64,000 bases of DNA from Cladosporium halotolerans. Lineage: Eukaryota. Positions 1 through 13,605 of this stretch are shown piece after piece. A program made the translations under genes and the position numbers. Where the stretch lies: assembly GCF_011745625.1 (NCBI RefSeq), contig NW_027191477.1, positions 62,001 through 126,000 of the forward strand, written 5' to 3'. Positions within the stretch are counted from its first letter, which is position 1. The number at the start of each line of letters is the position of its first letter. Under the pieces are notes generated by a model that saw nothing but the letters and a program-made list of their open reading frames with translations, made no database searches and was not told where the DNA came from.

Positions 1-474
1 CGACTCGCTCTCCTTACCAACAGGGCCCCAACCACCACCGCCAGGCGTGTTGACAATAATACGGTCTCCAGCCTGCATACTAGCAGTGTTCTTGCCGCCC
101 AAGTTGATATACCTGACCTCAGCCTGCGCGTCCTTGTCTCCGTTCACATCGGCATCACTGCCCTTCAACTTCGGCACATTGCGGACCCAAATATTCTGCC
201 CGCACTGCGCGTCCTCGCCGCCAGCCAAACCATACGGGTGGTACACTCTTCTCTCAGAGAGGATGCTGACCTGAACCGGGATCCTGAACTCAATATCCCT
301 GACAACACCATCGCCACCCCGATGCTGGCCCTTACCAGCACTGCCCTCTCGCAAGCTGAACTCGCGTAGCAAGACTGGATATCTGCGCTCAAAGACCTCT
401 GAGTCCGTGATGCGTGTGTTAGTCATGTGGGTGTGGACGCCACTAGTGCCGTCCCAGGATTCGCCGGCGCCGGA

Positions 475-506
<32 letters not shown>

Positions 507-3500
507 CCTTGACTTCTTCTTCGCCAGAGACGTTGCCTCCGAAGCCGAAGGTCAGGTTGTTGCAGTCGCCCTGGCTGGCGGCGCAGGCCTGGAAAGCCTT
601 GAGGACGACGTCGGTGATGCGCTGGGAGGTGAGGACGTTGCCGCCGACGACGGCGGCGGAGCCCGAAGGCGAGAGGAACGATCGCGGGGGGATGATGACC
701 TTGATTGGGCTGAGGCAGCCTTGGTTGAGCGGGATGTCTTCTTTGATCAGGCAGCGGAGGCAGTAGATGATGGCGCTGTAGGTCACGGCTTGGGGGGCAT
801 TGATGTTGCCGTAGACTTCGGGGCCGGTGCCGGTGAAATCGAAAATGGCTTCGCCTTTGTCTGCGTCGATCGTCACCTTCAGTTTTATCGGGCTCCCGTC
901 GTCCATGTGGTCCATGGCCGACAAATCTTGACCTTCGAAGCGTTTGCTGACGTCCTTCAAGAGGTTGCGCACACTCAGCTCGGCGTTGTCTTGAATGTTG
1001 TGCATGTAGAATTGTACCACTTCCTCGCCGTAATCTTCGATCAGCGAGCTAATGAGATTAATACCCTTCTGATTAGCTGCGACTTGTGCTTTTAGATCGT
1101 TAAGGTTATCTGCCAAGCATCTTGTGCCGGAGCAGCCAGGGTGCTGAGCCGGCTCCTTGAGGAGCAGTTCTGTGATGCGCTCTTCGTCGAAGCGGCCTTC
1201 AGAAACGAGCTTCTCGCTCTTGATAGCAGCACCTTCTTGGAAAAGCTCGCGGGAGTGGGGAGGCATGGATCCCGGCAAAATGCCGCCAATGTCCGCATGG
1301 TGAGCGCGAGAGGCAACGTAAAAGACGATCTTGTCGCCGCTGAAAGCAGGCGTGATCACTGTGATATCGGGCAAGTGGGTTCCTCCAAACATGGGGTGGT
1401 TCGAAACCAGAACATCGCCCTTCTTCAGCTTGCCGCGCCAGATCTCAGACTGCTTTTGCACGCAAGTTGACATGCTGCCAAGATGGACGGGTAGATGGGG
1501 TGCGTTGGCTACAAGACCACCGTCGGCATCAAACAGTGCACAAGAGTAGTCCAGGCGCTCCTTGACGTTCGTGCTCACACTCGTCTTCTGCAGTGCCCGG
1601 CCCATCTGCTCGGCAATGGCCATGAAGCGATGAGAGAAAATGCTGAGCATGATGGGGTCAACTTCCTTGGTGGTCAGCTGTTTGTCCGAGCTTTCACTTT
1701 CGCCCACGTTGATCACAACATGGGTGTCGATGAGCAGGGCAGTCGCATTTGGAGTGACGACGATGGTCTGAGTGCCGTCCGCAATGATAGCAGGACCCTT
1801 GATACGATCGCCAACCGCGAGGTCCTCAAGCTTGTAGATCGAAGTTTCTTGCCTGCCTCCATCGAAATAGACAGAACGAGAGCCGTACACCTTCTCGCCC
1901 TTTCCGATGTCCTTCGGTTTGATGTCTTTCAGCTGCTGATCGACAGTCCGCTCCAAGCCTTCGAAGGTCTTGCCAATACCACGAGCGCGGACGTCATCAA
2001 TGATGATATCACGATCCGGAAGTGTGAAACCAAATTCCTGCTCGTGCTGCTTGACGAAAGCCTTGCCAAAAGCCCAATCCTCACCACCAAACTCCTTCTC
2101 GACTTCCTCCGCGCTCGGCTTCAAAACCATGAGCGCGGACTCAGTACCGCGGTAGCGCATGTTGAGATATTCCTCGAACTTCATCTGGCCTTCTTCGAAG
2201 CCTTGTTCCTTCAAGGTCGCAGCAGACTTCTTCTTGAGCTCCTCCATCTTGCCTTGCAGGTACCTTTTCGTTTCTTGGTCTTTCTCAGACCACGTTTTCG
2301 ACTCCGGCTCCTGCCTCTCGTCTACCACGTCAGCTAGCGCCATGCCATACGCGGACAAGACCGAGGAGTATCTGTGGACAAGAATCTGAGTGATACCGAG
2401 AGCTTCGGCGATCGCCACCGCATGCTGGCCTCCAGCACCACCGAAGGTCGCCAAGCGGTGCTTCGACGTATCGTGTCCTCTGGCCTCGGTCAAGCTGCGA
2501 ATCGGGCGGGTCATAGTCTCGTTGGCGATTTTGATGAACCCGTAAGCGACCTCGTCCAAGCTCATGGACTTGTCTTTACTTCCAGCGATGTCGCCATTGA
2601 TCTGCTTCGTCAACTCTTCGAACTGCTTCTTGCTCGCCTCCTCGTCAAGACCCTCGTCTTCATTCTTGCCGAAGATCTTGGGGAAGAAGTCGGGAAGCAA
2701 CCTGCCCAGGAACAAGTTCGCGTCGGTGATGGTCAGCGGGCCGCCTTTGCGGTAGCACGCTGGGCCAGGATGCGCACTGGCACTCTCGGGACCAACAACG
2801 AAAAGACCATTCCGCCAGAATAACCTGCTACCGCCGCCAGCTGCCACAGTATTGATGTCAAGCTGTGGGCTTTGGATAGTGACACCGGCTGTCGTGGTTT
2901 CGAAGACATGGTCGTACTTGCCACTCCCATATCGGCTGACGTCAGTACTTGTTCCACCCATGTCGAATCCAATGACGGGAGTCTTCGTGGCAGGATCATA
3001 GCTTGTCAAAGCGTAGCCCACAACACCGCCGGCGGGGCCGGACAAGATTGCTCTCAGACCAGAGAAGCCGTCGACGTCCACGAGGCCGCCGTCAGACTGC
3101 ATGAACTCGCACCTCGCACCCTTTGCTCCCTGCTCCTTCTTCACCGACTCGGAGCCGAGACCGCCCTCGAAACCTTTCTGGAAACCGTCGATGTACTTCC
3201 TGATTGCAGGCGTGAGGTACGCATCAGCGCAAGCGGAAGTTGCTCGAGGGACGAGCTTGATCATAGGCATGAGCTCGTGTGACAGCGAGACGTGTGTGAA
3301 ACCAATTTCCTTTGCGATCTTCCCCACCGCGGCCTCGTGCTCGGGGAAAGTGTATCCGTGCATCAGACAGACCGCAATGCTCTTCAACCCAGAATCATAG
3401 ACCTCCTGCAGCTGCTTCCGTATTTGCTCGTGGTCCGGCTTCTTCAATATCCTGACAGCCTCGCCTGACAACCCTCTCACGATCTCACTCTCCGCTCCCG

Positions 3501-4002
3501 CCTCTTGTAAGCTCTTCGCGTCCGTCTGATGTCTCGTAGGGTCCTCCGCGTAGTCCTCCAGCGTAACCCTCTCATCAATCTCCACAACCTTCTTATACAG
3601 CACCTCAGGCTTCCTAATGGCCAAATCGAAAATATTAGGCCGACTCTGATTCCCAATCTCCAAACAATGCCTAAACCCCTTCGTGACAACCATAGCAATA
3701 TCCTCGCCCTTCCTCTCCAGCAGCGCATTGGTCGCAACCGTCGTGCCCATGCGAATACTCTCGATCTTGCTCGTGTCCAGCGGCTCCCCGCGCGGGATGT
3801 CCTTGCCCTCGAAGCGCGAGAGCAGCCGCCGGATGCCCTCGAGCGGCGCGTCGTCGTAGTTCTGCGGGTCGACGGACAGCAGCTTGATGAGCACGTCGTC
3901 TTCCATTCTGCCGGTGCCGGGGTTGCCCACGCAGTCGGTGAACGTGCCGCCGCGGTCGATGGCTATGCGGATGCCGCGCTCTGATTTGTGTGGTGCTGCC
4001 AT
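1..4002 (-). CDS. OXP1: ATP-dependent 5-oxoprolinase (hydantoinase A/B), 3' end beyond window
   Basis: ATG at 4002 gives MAAPHKSERGIRIAIDRGGTFTD...IRMGTTVATNALLERKGE. The same frame at the window edge reads VNTPGGGGWG. Absent from the ORF track because no stop falls in the window. Confidence 0.95.
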
Positions 4003-5321
4003 ACTGGAGTGTGAGAGGGGCGGGTGTTTCTATGTTTCGGTATAGATCGGTGTTTCTAGATGGGAGGAGATGGTGAGGGCTGCGCTACAGGTGATGTGGA
4101 AACATGCAGAGCTCGGTATGTGATAGTAGCTCTTGGTTAGCAATGTGTGGAAATGTAGAAGATTGTATCTGTCTAAACAATGAACGACATGACGGCGAGG
4201 CAAGTATATATGCGGTCATAGTCGATCGCCGAATGCCCCACCCTCCGCTATCTTTTGAGGGGAGCTGTCGGCAAGATGGAACTCCCGATCTCGGCAAGAT
4301 TGGAGAGGCCTATCGATAAGGCAGGTGAGCCCTCAGGCATCAGTCAGGTTGCGCCCTCACGGCCCTTCCGCCAGCGTGCGCCGAGGTGCCGTGGGTGCCA
4401 AGCGGCAATGCGATGTCTTGCTCTCTTTGCCCTAGTCTTGACTCTGCCTTACGGTGCTTGTTTTGTCTCGCGACTCAGACTTTGACAGCTCTGGTGGCAC
4501 ATCGTCTGGTCCGATGCGGACTTGATATCGCCGACCCTGGCTGTCACTTGCTGCGGACATCGACCAGGACTCCTCATCGATGCTTCTTTTGGTCCAGCAT
4601 GGCACGGCAAAGATGCTGCTCAAAAAGAGGGCCAACAACAACCGCCAAGCACATCGTCCAAGCAGCTGGAGCACCTATCGATGTTGGGAGACGGGGCAGG
4701 CAACCCGTGCTTCATCAGGCGCGTCCACAGCAGGCGTAAACTTGCGCAAACGGAAATCCCCATGGCACGGTGCACGCAAAACCTCAACCACGACATAAAA
4801 ATTACATAGCAGAAACGCCCGACTGAGTTTGGCGCCAAAGTTCGAGGCAACGGACCCTTGACGGAGCTGGCTGCGCCGCTCCAACGTCTGCGAAACTTCT
4901 TCTCCGTTGCGCTTCGACCGGCCCGAGACTGTAGAATCGATTCGCAAAGCTTAGGACTCTTCCATGTGCTGGCCTCATGAACAGCGACAATAGGTAGGGA
5001 AACTGTCGTCGGCATGATAGAAAGACTTCGCGCAGCGTCTCAGACTTCGAGACGAGCTCTTCTTGCGACTCCAACCTCGTCCTTAAAAGACCCCAACCCT
5101 ACCGACTACAGCCGCAACTACTTCGCCGCCTCGGCCACTTGGGACGCCAGTCCGTGTTGCGCCGCAGAAATTCCTTCCACCGACTCCACTTCGCCATCTA
5201 GGTTTGTCAAGTCTCCATCTAATTATACATGCCCACGAGCATTTCTCCAGATCATGTGTCGTGTCTTCCCTTCCTGCTGTCTAGTCTGGTCGCCTGCATT
5301 TCGTCTTGACAAACAGCAACG

Positions 5322-6722
5322 ATGACAACTCCACAGCCCATCCAGTCCAGCGGGGACGAGCTCCCTTCTGGAAAGCCTTCTACTGACAGTGGTCGGAGCA
5401 AGAAGCAGGCTGATCTCTCCAAACTGACCAGCCACGACCATGAGCTCGCCATCAACACCACCATCGAGAGGGGAGAGCAGAAGTACAGCCGACTGGGATG
5501 GAAGCGGTTGACGATCTGTCTGATCGTGGAGGCCGTTGCTCTGGGAGCTCTTAGTATCCCGTCTGCCTTTGCCACGCTTGGCCTCGTTCCTGGTGTTCTG
5601 ATCACAGTCGGTGTCGGCCTCATCGCCATTCATACCAGCTACCTCATCGGAGAGGTCAAACTCAAATTCCCCGACGTCGCCCACTATGCCGATGCCGTCG
5701 GTCTCATTTGGGGCCGATTCGGAAAAGAACTCGCTGGTTTCATGTTCGCCGCCCACTTGATCTTGTCGACCGGCTCGCACGCTCTCACAGGAGCCATTGC
5801 CTTCAGAACCATTGCGGAGACCGGCACCTGCGAACTGGTCTGGTCCATCGTGTCTGCCATCATTCTGTTCTTCCTGGCTCTTCCGCCCTCCTTCGCCGAG
5901 TTCGCCATCCTGGGCTATATCGACTTTGCCTCGATTCTCATCGCTATCGGCGTTACTATCATCGCCACCGGTGTTGGCGCTGGCAACGCTCCTGGTGGTA
6001 CGGCTGCTGTCGATTGGCAACTTTGGGCTCCCGAATCGACCTCGTACTACGAGGCGTTCCTCTCGGTGACCAACATCCTGTTCGCCTACTCCTTCGCCAT
6101 GTGCCAATTCAGCTTCATGGATGAGATGCACACCCCGAAGGATTACATCAAGTCGATCTGGTCGCTCGGTATCATCGAGATTTTCATCTACACCATCACC
6201 GGCGCCCTAATCTATGTCTTCGTCGGTACCGGCGTCGAGAGTCCCGCACTACTCTCCGCGAGCAACATCGTATCGCGCGTCGCCTTCGGCATCGCCCTCC
6301 CCGTCATCTTTATTTCCGGTTCGATCAACACCACCGTCGTCGGCCGCTACATTATCGACCGAGCGTATAAGAACTCCGAGATCCGTTACACCAACACCAA
6401 GCGCGGCTGGGTTATCTGGATCGTGCTCGTGGCCGTTATTACCGTCGTGGCATGGGTGATCGCCGAAGCTATTCCCGTCTTCAACGCCCTGCTTGGCCTG
6501 ACGTCCAGCTTGTTCATTAGTGGCTTCACGCTGTACTTCCCGCCTCTGTTCTGGTTCGGCCTGTTGAAAGAGGGCAAGTGGAATGCAAGCTGGCGCAACA
6601 TTGGGCTCTGCCTCGTCAACGGAATTGTCTTCCTGCTTGGGTTGCTGGTGCTCGGCAGTGGAACGTACGCGAGTGTGCAGGATATCATCAAGTCCACCAG
6701 CAGCGCGCCGTTCTCCTGCTGA
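5322..6722 (+). CDS. Neutral amino-acid permease (Aa_trans/AAAP family, Mtr-like)
   Basis: 466-aa intronless multi-TM ORF with LGWKRLTICLIVEAVALGALSIP and FSFMDEMHTPKDY motifs. Confidence 0.9.
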   Translation: MTTPQPIQSSGDELPSGKPSTDSGRSKKQADLSKLTSHDHELAINTTIERGEQKYSRLGWKRLTICLIVEAVALGALSIPSAFATLGLVPGVLITVGVGLIAIHTSYLIGEVKLKFPDVAHYADAVGLIWGRFGKELAGFMFAAHLILSTGSHALTGAIAFRTIAETGTCELVWSIVSAIILFFLALPPSFAEFAILGYIDFASILIAIGVTIIATGVGAGNAPGGTAAVDWQLWAPESTSYYEAFLSVTNILFAYSFAMCQFSFMDEMHTPKDYIKSIWSLGIIEIFIYTITGALIYVFVGTGVESPALLSASNIVSRVAFGIALPVIFISGSINTTVVGRYIIDRAYKNSEIRYTNTKRGWVIWIVLVAVITVVAWVIAEAIPVFNALLGLTSSLFISGFTLYFPPLFWFGLLKEGKWNASWRNIGLCLVNGIVFLLGLLVLGSGTYASVQDIIKSTSSAPFSC

Positions 6723-6822
6723 TTCTGATGAGGCTGTGGGTTGTCAAGCTGTATGATTTAGTATGATAGGAAATGCTGTATGATAAATGTCTCAAATCGA
6801 GTTGTTAGTTCCCCGACACGCC

Positions 6823-7941
6823 TCAACTGTATTTCGCTCCCTCTGCAAACTCCGCTGTCCAAAGCCCTCGACTCTCCTTAGCCTTCAGCTGCACAGCCTT
6901 CAGCATCGCATAAACCGTCTCCAGCGTCGGCACCGGCACTCCAAGCCGTCTCGCCTCCCTCACGGGCTCTCCTACAATGACCTCAACTTCCATCAAATTC
7001 CCCTAAAAGCAACATCAGTCAGTAAACTTAAACCCACACTTGAAACCCCACACCAATGCAACCCGAAAGCAAACCAGCAAAGAACCCACCTTCGCCGCAT
7101 CCTGCCCCATACTCGGCACGAACGCCGTATCCGTCGGATCGACCCTGACAACGCGCTCCTCCACGCCCTCCCCCAACTCCACGCCCGCCGCCCTCGCAAC
7201 CGCCTTCACCTCCCTCATAACCGGCAGCACCAGCTCGTCGACCACAAACTCGCTCATGCGCATCCGCGCCGTGTCCAGCCCCGTGACGGCCGCGACGCTG
7301 TTGAACGAAGAGTTGTACAGCAGCTTGCGCCAGCGCGTGGCCTTGACGTCGAGGTCGAGCGTCCAGCCCACGCGGCCGCAGGCGTTGTACGCTTGGACGA
7401 GTCGGCGGGCGTCGGCCTGCCAGGCAGCCGGGGGAGTGTTGCCGCCGGGGAGAGGGAAGGGGCCGACTTTGCAGTCGTCCGTGTCGTCGTGGCGGACGAT
7501 CCCGGGGTGAGTTTCTGTGGCGCCGATGAGGGAGACGGCGGAGAGGATGGGGTTGGTGGGGAAAGCGGCTTGGAGGGGGCGTTCGATGTTGAGGCCGTTT
7601 TGGAGGAGGAGGATGGACGTGTGGGTGCGCGTGAGGGCTGGGGAGATGAGGTCGACGACGGTGGGTTTGACGTCCGGGACATTTTTTGTGGCGACCAGGA
7701 TGTAGTCAAAGGGCGCCTCGGGGGTGGCGTTTGGGATGGATTGGACGATGCGGTGGGGGCGCCAGTTCTTGATGTCGTGGCCGTGCTGGATGGAGTCTAT
7801 TGTGAAACCGTCGCGTTCGACGGCGGCGAAGTTCGAGCGCAAGACGATGGTCACGTCGGCGTGGCCGCCGGTTTGGAGGGCGTAGGCGGCCATGGTGCCT
7901 ACGCCGCCACCGCCGATGATGAGGATGCGGAGTTTGGCCAT
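6823..7941 (-). CDS. 2-dehydropantoate 2-reductase (ApbA/PanE family)
   Basis: GGGGVG Rossmann motif, LLLQNG, RWRKLLYN, PSMGQD. Intron 7003-7089 (GTGGGT..TAG) joins to GNLMEVEVIVGEP...AKYS*. Confidence 0.9.
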
Positions 7942-8396
7942 TGCTTTGAGATCACATTGATTTGCGTCAAAGCAGAAGGATCAAGGTGTTTTTTTTTTCT
8001 TTACAAAACACAACGGGGTTCTGAAGACGATTGTAACGACGACTAACCTGGTGTCGAGATAAGGTAGGGCGTGTAACGGATGTAATCGCAAAGGACCCAC
8101 CAAAAGCTTGTTTTCCCCGGGGTAGGTGGGTTGGACATACCTAGGAATAATTTGGCGTCTTCGCGAGAAACGAAAGACTTATGCAGAGATTGATAGAGCT
8201 CAACAGGCTTCATTTACTAGTCGTCTTTGCGATTGCAGTTGAGAATACCTGATATAGTTACAATCGCTATCGTGACATGCATATCTGTGGTTCTATAATC
8301 GCATGATCTACCTCTATACACTTAAGATTAAGGGCACGTTCGAGCAGCATTTCGACGCACTTGAACAAAGTCGCTTCCAACACAGCATCAATGACT

Positions 8397-10920
8397 TCAG
8401 ATAGATGCCCTCAACTTCCCCAACTCCGGGCTAACAGCCTGCGCGCTCTTCAACGTAAGCACCGCCGCCCTCTGCGCGACATCCACGCACTCTTCAACCC
8501 CAACATCCCTCCCCTCAGCCTTCCCCCTCGCCATCAACGCAATCAAAGTCCCTGCAAAAGTGTCGCCAACGCCGTTCACGCTCACGATATCCTCCGGCGC
8601 AACCTCCTCCACAGGCGGGAACAAGCGCATATACACGCCACCCACCCCGAGCTCCTCCTCCGTGCCATTCGAGCAGCGCGAGAGGATGAAAGGCGCGTGT
8701 GTGCCGGACGTGAGGCGCGGATCGCCGGCCTTCAAGAGCTGCGTGACAAGCACGCCCTTGGAGCCGAGTTTGGTGCAGATGGTGGAGATGAAGGGGAGCA
8801 GCTGGACGCTCTGCTGGGGAATGCCTTGGTCGACGAGAGCCGGAGACGTTGCGAGCGACATGGCGGTTCGGGCGCCGGAGGACGGAATACCCAGGGCGTC
8901 GATGACTTGCCACCAGTCCTGGCGTTCGAAGAAGCCGCGAGAGTGGGCTGCGGAGTGCATGGCCGCGAGCTCATAGATGTTCGGGGTTGCGAGGTGGATG
9001 GCGGGTGAAGGGAAGGTGGTCAGGGTCTCGCTTTGTTTGTGGCCGGGTATTGCGGGCAGTTGGAAAGGTGTGGTACATTTGGCGTTGCTGACAGGCTCGA
9101 AAGTGACGTGCGCGTTGATGCTTTTGCCTGCTTCGAGCCAGCGGGAAAGATATTCGGGTGGCCAGTTGGCATCGATGGCGAGATGAGTAGGGCGAGATTC
9201 TTGGATTTGCGGTAGCCAGAGATTCTCGAAGGCTTCAGCGATCACGTCCTTTTCGCCAGCCATTGCGACATCTAAGATGCTCATGTCGGCCATGGCGACA
9301 GCCAAGTCCTTGTTGTGATCGTTCACAGCGATGTATTGCGCCGTACGTCTTGAAGACCCACTTGGAAGGACTTTGACGGCGGAGTCACCCAGACCTTCAG
9401 CAGACAAGGCTTCCAATGCAGCCTTGCCACTAAGATCGTCTCCGACAGCACTGCAAAATTTGACGTTGCCTCCCATAAGGTTCGCGGCTCTCGCCACATT
9501 GTGGCCAACGCCACCAAGCGACTGCGCGATGCTGGCCGGATTTGATGTGTGCATTTCGAGAGTAGAAGCCGAGTTTGATCGAGGCTTGTGGTCACAGGCG
9601 AAGTCGACAGCAAGTATGCCAGCCACGAATACATCCGACCTTGATACCGTAGAGGCTGGTCTCATTGGAGCGGGTTCAGACTTAATCGGGGCGTTCTTGA
9701 CCTCTCCTGTCACTCCTCTGGAGACGCCGGAGGGATGAAAGTTGATGCTGCCTGGGCCGACGATGTGCTGACTGGGCTCTGGGGATCTACGGTCTGTGCT
9801 ATGAGCATGGATACTATTTTGGGACAAGAACTACTTACTTCGCAGAAGAACCTTCGCTTGACTCTACCTCTCTCAGCGCCTTCGCGACACGTGTTCCCAT
9901 AATCACGTTTGACTCAATGAGAGCGCTGTTTGCAACAAGGCTCTTGTCACCCGTCAGCTCCTTAATCTTAGCCAGGATGAACGGGGTGGCTCTGGCTCCG
10001 CTGGCGCCGGCCGCGGTAGCATCTGCAACAGCCTGCTTGATAGCAATCTCCATCTGGTCAAAGGGCACCTCGACCTCTCGCGGGATAGGGTTGCCAAAAA
10101 GCATCCCAGATTGCAGCCCAAGCGAGTTGTGTGCATTGATCATCTTAGCAGCATCTGCCGCATCTTGAACCACCATTGGCGACGCTACACCACTTTCTCT
10201 GCTGTAGAATGCAGGAAACTCGACCTTACCCGTCCGCCCATCCGCAAAAGTAGCCACAGCGACGCCTTGTGTCTCTAGATACTCGACAGTCCTAGGAATG
10301 TCCAAGAACGACTTACAGCCTGCAGCAATGACGGCAATCTGTGTCCTCCCGAGTTCAGTCAAGTCAGCACTGACATCCATCGTCTGCTCGACACCGCGGT
10401 GCACGCCGCCAAGTCCGCCGGTGGCGAAGACTTTGACCCCGGCGAGGTGCGCGAGTACGGAGGTCGCCGAGACAGTGGTACCGCCGTTAAAAGCTTTGCC
10501 GTTCTTGTCTTTCACCCCAAGAGCATAGCCAAGGTCACGCCGTGACACCTTGAGAGCATCGCTTCCGGTAGTGGAGCTCGATGCAAGCCTGACCAACTCA
10601 TCAGCAGCCAAGCCGACGCGAGCAACGCCGTCGAGGATACCGATGGTAGCTGGCACGCCGCCTCCTAGTCTGACAAGAGACTCCAGTCTAGACGCGAGAG
10701 CGATATTCTCCGGGTATGGGTATCCGTGTGTGTAGATCGTGCTTTCAAGAGCGACCACTGGCCGCTTTTCGGAGAGAGCCTGTTGGACTTCTTCTGACAC
10801 CTGAAAGAACCTGCTGTTCGATGAGAGTAGCCGCCGATTAGAAGTCCTTGTCAGCATAGTCCGAGAGGCCGGTTCTTTCGTCAAGGCCGCTCGCCGGCTG
10901 GCGCGACATAAGGACTGCAT
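8397..10920 (-). CDS. Bifunctional pseudouridine-5'-phosphate glycosidase (PsuG/IndA) + PfkB-family pseudouridine kinase, with likely mitochondrial presequence
   Basis: VVALESTIYTHG, GGTTVSAT and FATGGLGGVHRG in the first ORF; GGVGHNVA and VNGVGDTF in the second. Joined by intron 9787-9838 (GTAAGT..CGTAG). Confidence 0.9.
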
Positions 10921-11255
10921 GGCTTGTGGTTTGCCGACGGGTGGTGCGGCGTTTGTATCTACCGCAATGCCTTAGAGCCGGAAAAGACAAAATCAGAGTC
11001 TTCTATTGATTAAGTCCCCGGAAAAAGACTGCCCTTGCTGACCTGTTTGCAGCCGATTTCGCGCAGCCTCTCCGCGAGTCGTGTCTGTTGTCTGACGTCG
11101 GGCGTCGCGCGGCGGCGACATGTGAAGTCGGCCATTGAACTTGGAGCTCTGGCGGGACCGTTCCGCCGCGCCCTCGAACAGCTGGCTCCAAGCGTCAAGC
11201 GGACGATGCGATCACGCCCATTGCGCGCCAACAACACAATCCTCCTGCGGGCAAG

Positions 11256-12859
11256 ATGAGATTGATACATTGGGCCGTCGCCGGCTTCCTAGGCCTTGCG
11301 GCCGCCGACTCGAACCTCACACACGGCTCGAAGAACATCCTGCCCTCAACCTTCAAGCCGCCGCAGCACTTCCGCAACACCAACCTCGTCCGGAACATTA
11401 ACCTGGAGAAGAGCTATCCGCGTGAAACGATCAATGTGGTGATTGAGAATGTGGACAAGCAGCCGCAGTCGGAGTATTACCTGCCCTTCGAGCAAGATGT
11501 GATCAGCAGGATTGGAGGCCTGGAGGTCAAGGACAAGAAGGATGCTGCGAAGCCCGCCTTCGATGTTGAGATTGTTGCGCTGGACCAGGGAAGGTAGGCA
11601 CGAAAAACGAGGGCATCATTGGATCAATGGACCGTTCTGACTTCTCGCAGCGAGACCGAGTACTACAAGATCACCCTCCCTACACCACTGGCCAACAAGG
11701 AGCAACTCACCCTCTCCATCACTTACTTCGTCCTTTCCGCTCTCGAGCCGCTACCTGCGCAGATCCAGCAGAACGACAAGCAATACGTCCTTCACAAGTT
11801 CTCCGCCTACGCTCCCAGTGCCTACACAACTAGCAAGCAGAAGACGAAGCTCAAGCTTCCTACAACCGACGTCCCGGATGCCACCGTCCTCCCCGCGGAA
11901 CTGAACACCGAAGGCAAGGCCGACCCGCAGAAGCAGGGCACGACCTTCACCTATGGCCCATACGGCGAGCTTCCCGCTGGTGCTCAGGAGGAGGTCAGCG
12001 TGCGCTACGAGTTCACCAAGTCCCTGACCCACGGTACTCTTCTCGAGAGGGACATTGAAGTCAGCCACTGGGGCGGCAACGTCGCGACCGAGGAGCGCCA
12101 CTGGCTCACGAACCGCGCCGCGAAGCTCAAGAACCACTTCAGCCGCGTCACATTCCAGCAAGCACAGTACTTCAACCCGCCCTCCTCCGCGCTGAAGGAG
12201 ATGCGATTCCCGCTCGCCGTCGGCTCCGTTGACGCATACTTCGTTGACGACATCGGCAACGTTTCCACTTCGCGCTTCCGGACAAACGAGCGTGAGGCCA
12301 ACCTCGAGCTGAAGCCCAGATACCCACTGTACGGTGGCTGGAACTACAGCTTCAAGACTGGCTGGAACGCCGATCTCAAGACCGTGCTGCGCGCCATCAA
12401 GGGCCAGTCGGAGCAATTCGTCCTCAGGGTCCCGTTCGTCGAGGGGCCCCGTCAGGCCGAAGGAGTGGAGTACGAGCGCGTTGTTACCCGTGTGATCCTG
12501 CCTGAGGGTGCCAGGTAGGCCAGAAAGATCTCCATACCCCGTACACCGCAATCATTGCTAACCCACGACGCAGCATCATCGATTTCTCGACCTCCGTTCC
12601 CCTCGCCTCCAACACCACAACCCTGCACCGCACCTTCATGGACACGGTCGGCCGCACGACGCTGAACCTCGTCGCCCTGAACGTGGTCGACGAGCAGCGC
12701 GAGCGCGACCTGATCGTGACGTACACGTACCCGTCCTCGGCCAAGTTCCGCAAGCCGCTGACCTTCGCCGCGGGCCTGATGGTCGTCTTCGCGCTCAGCT
12801 GGGTCATTGGCAACCTCGATGTCAGTATCGGCAAGAAGGAGAAGCAGAAGACTGTCTGA
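11256..12859 (+). CDS. OST1: Oligosaccharyltransferase alpha subunit (ribophorin I)
   Basis: Signal peptide, IEVSHWGGN, DDIGNVSTS, PRYPLYGGWNY, C-terminal TM. Introns 11594-11650 and 12515-12573. Confidence 0.95.
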
Positions 12860-13422
12860 GTTTCGAGAGTCTGGGAATTGTACCCTGTGTGTGCATTTAG
12901 CTTTGAGCCTTGAAAAAGCGACTAGATACAAAGACTTTGCTTGTATGATCTAAGAAAATGCCTTAAGTTGAATTTTCGGGTGTGTCTCATAATGTCATGT
13001 TCACGTTTCTCTCTCTCTGAGTCTAAGTAGATCGTCTGCCATCCACTGGACAAAACGCTGATGGAAAATCGTCTGCTTGGTGAAGCACGATGTGTCGCAT
13101 CATGAGCTATTCAGTTTGCCTTCAGACAACGCAATTTCACAATGACACTTTGGGAGAACCAACACTGCATCAACTTTCTCATTGTGAATTTCTCTCGCTC
13201 AATTTCAGATCGCCGGGCGATCGAGCGGCTATTGTACACGGATTTTGGAAGAAAAGGAAAATTGCTCGGAAAAGAACCCAGGCGTGCTGGTCCAGATCCA
13301 TCCTGCCAACCCATCAACACCAACTTGAATAGCACGCCTTGCAAGCGAGAAGACGCAGTGACCGTTCGATCCTCGATGTAGGGTGTTGTCCCTAAGCAGC
13401 CAAGAACCGTCTCAAACCCGGA

Positions 13423-13590
13423 TCACCCCGTCGGACCCCTAGGACCCATCGGGCCTGTCGGGCCTGTCGGACCCGTTGAACCTCTTGGACCCGTTGGGCC
13501 TGTCGGGCCCGTTGGACCTCTCAGACCCATTGGACCTGTCGGGCCTGGCGGACCTGTTGGACCTGATGGACCCGTCGGACCCCCCAGGCC
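13423..13590 (-). repeat. 9-bp-period tandem repeat (GGYCCRACR-like) encoding collagen-like (Gly-X-Y)18, in frame with the HRP1-like stop
   Basis: Minus strand reads [55 protein letters not shown]. Confidence 0.9.
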
Positions 13591-13605
13591 ACGCATCGCG
13601 GGATT

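Noticed and set aside
427..3984. Long plus-strand ORFs (222, 280, 149, 136, 151 aa)
   Set aside because: Antisense shadows of the codon-biased OXP1 CDS.
6787..8046. 419-aa plus-strand ORF (likewise 19368-20147, 51294-52172, 52302-53054, 5223-6131)
   Set aside because: Antisense to well-supported genes, with no recognisable motifs.
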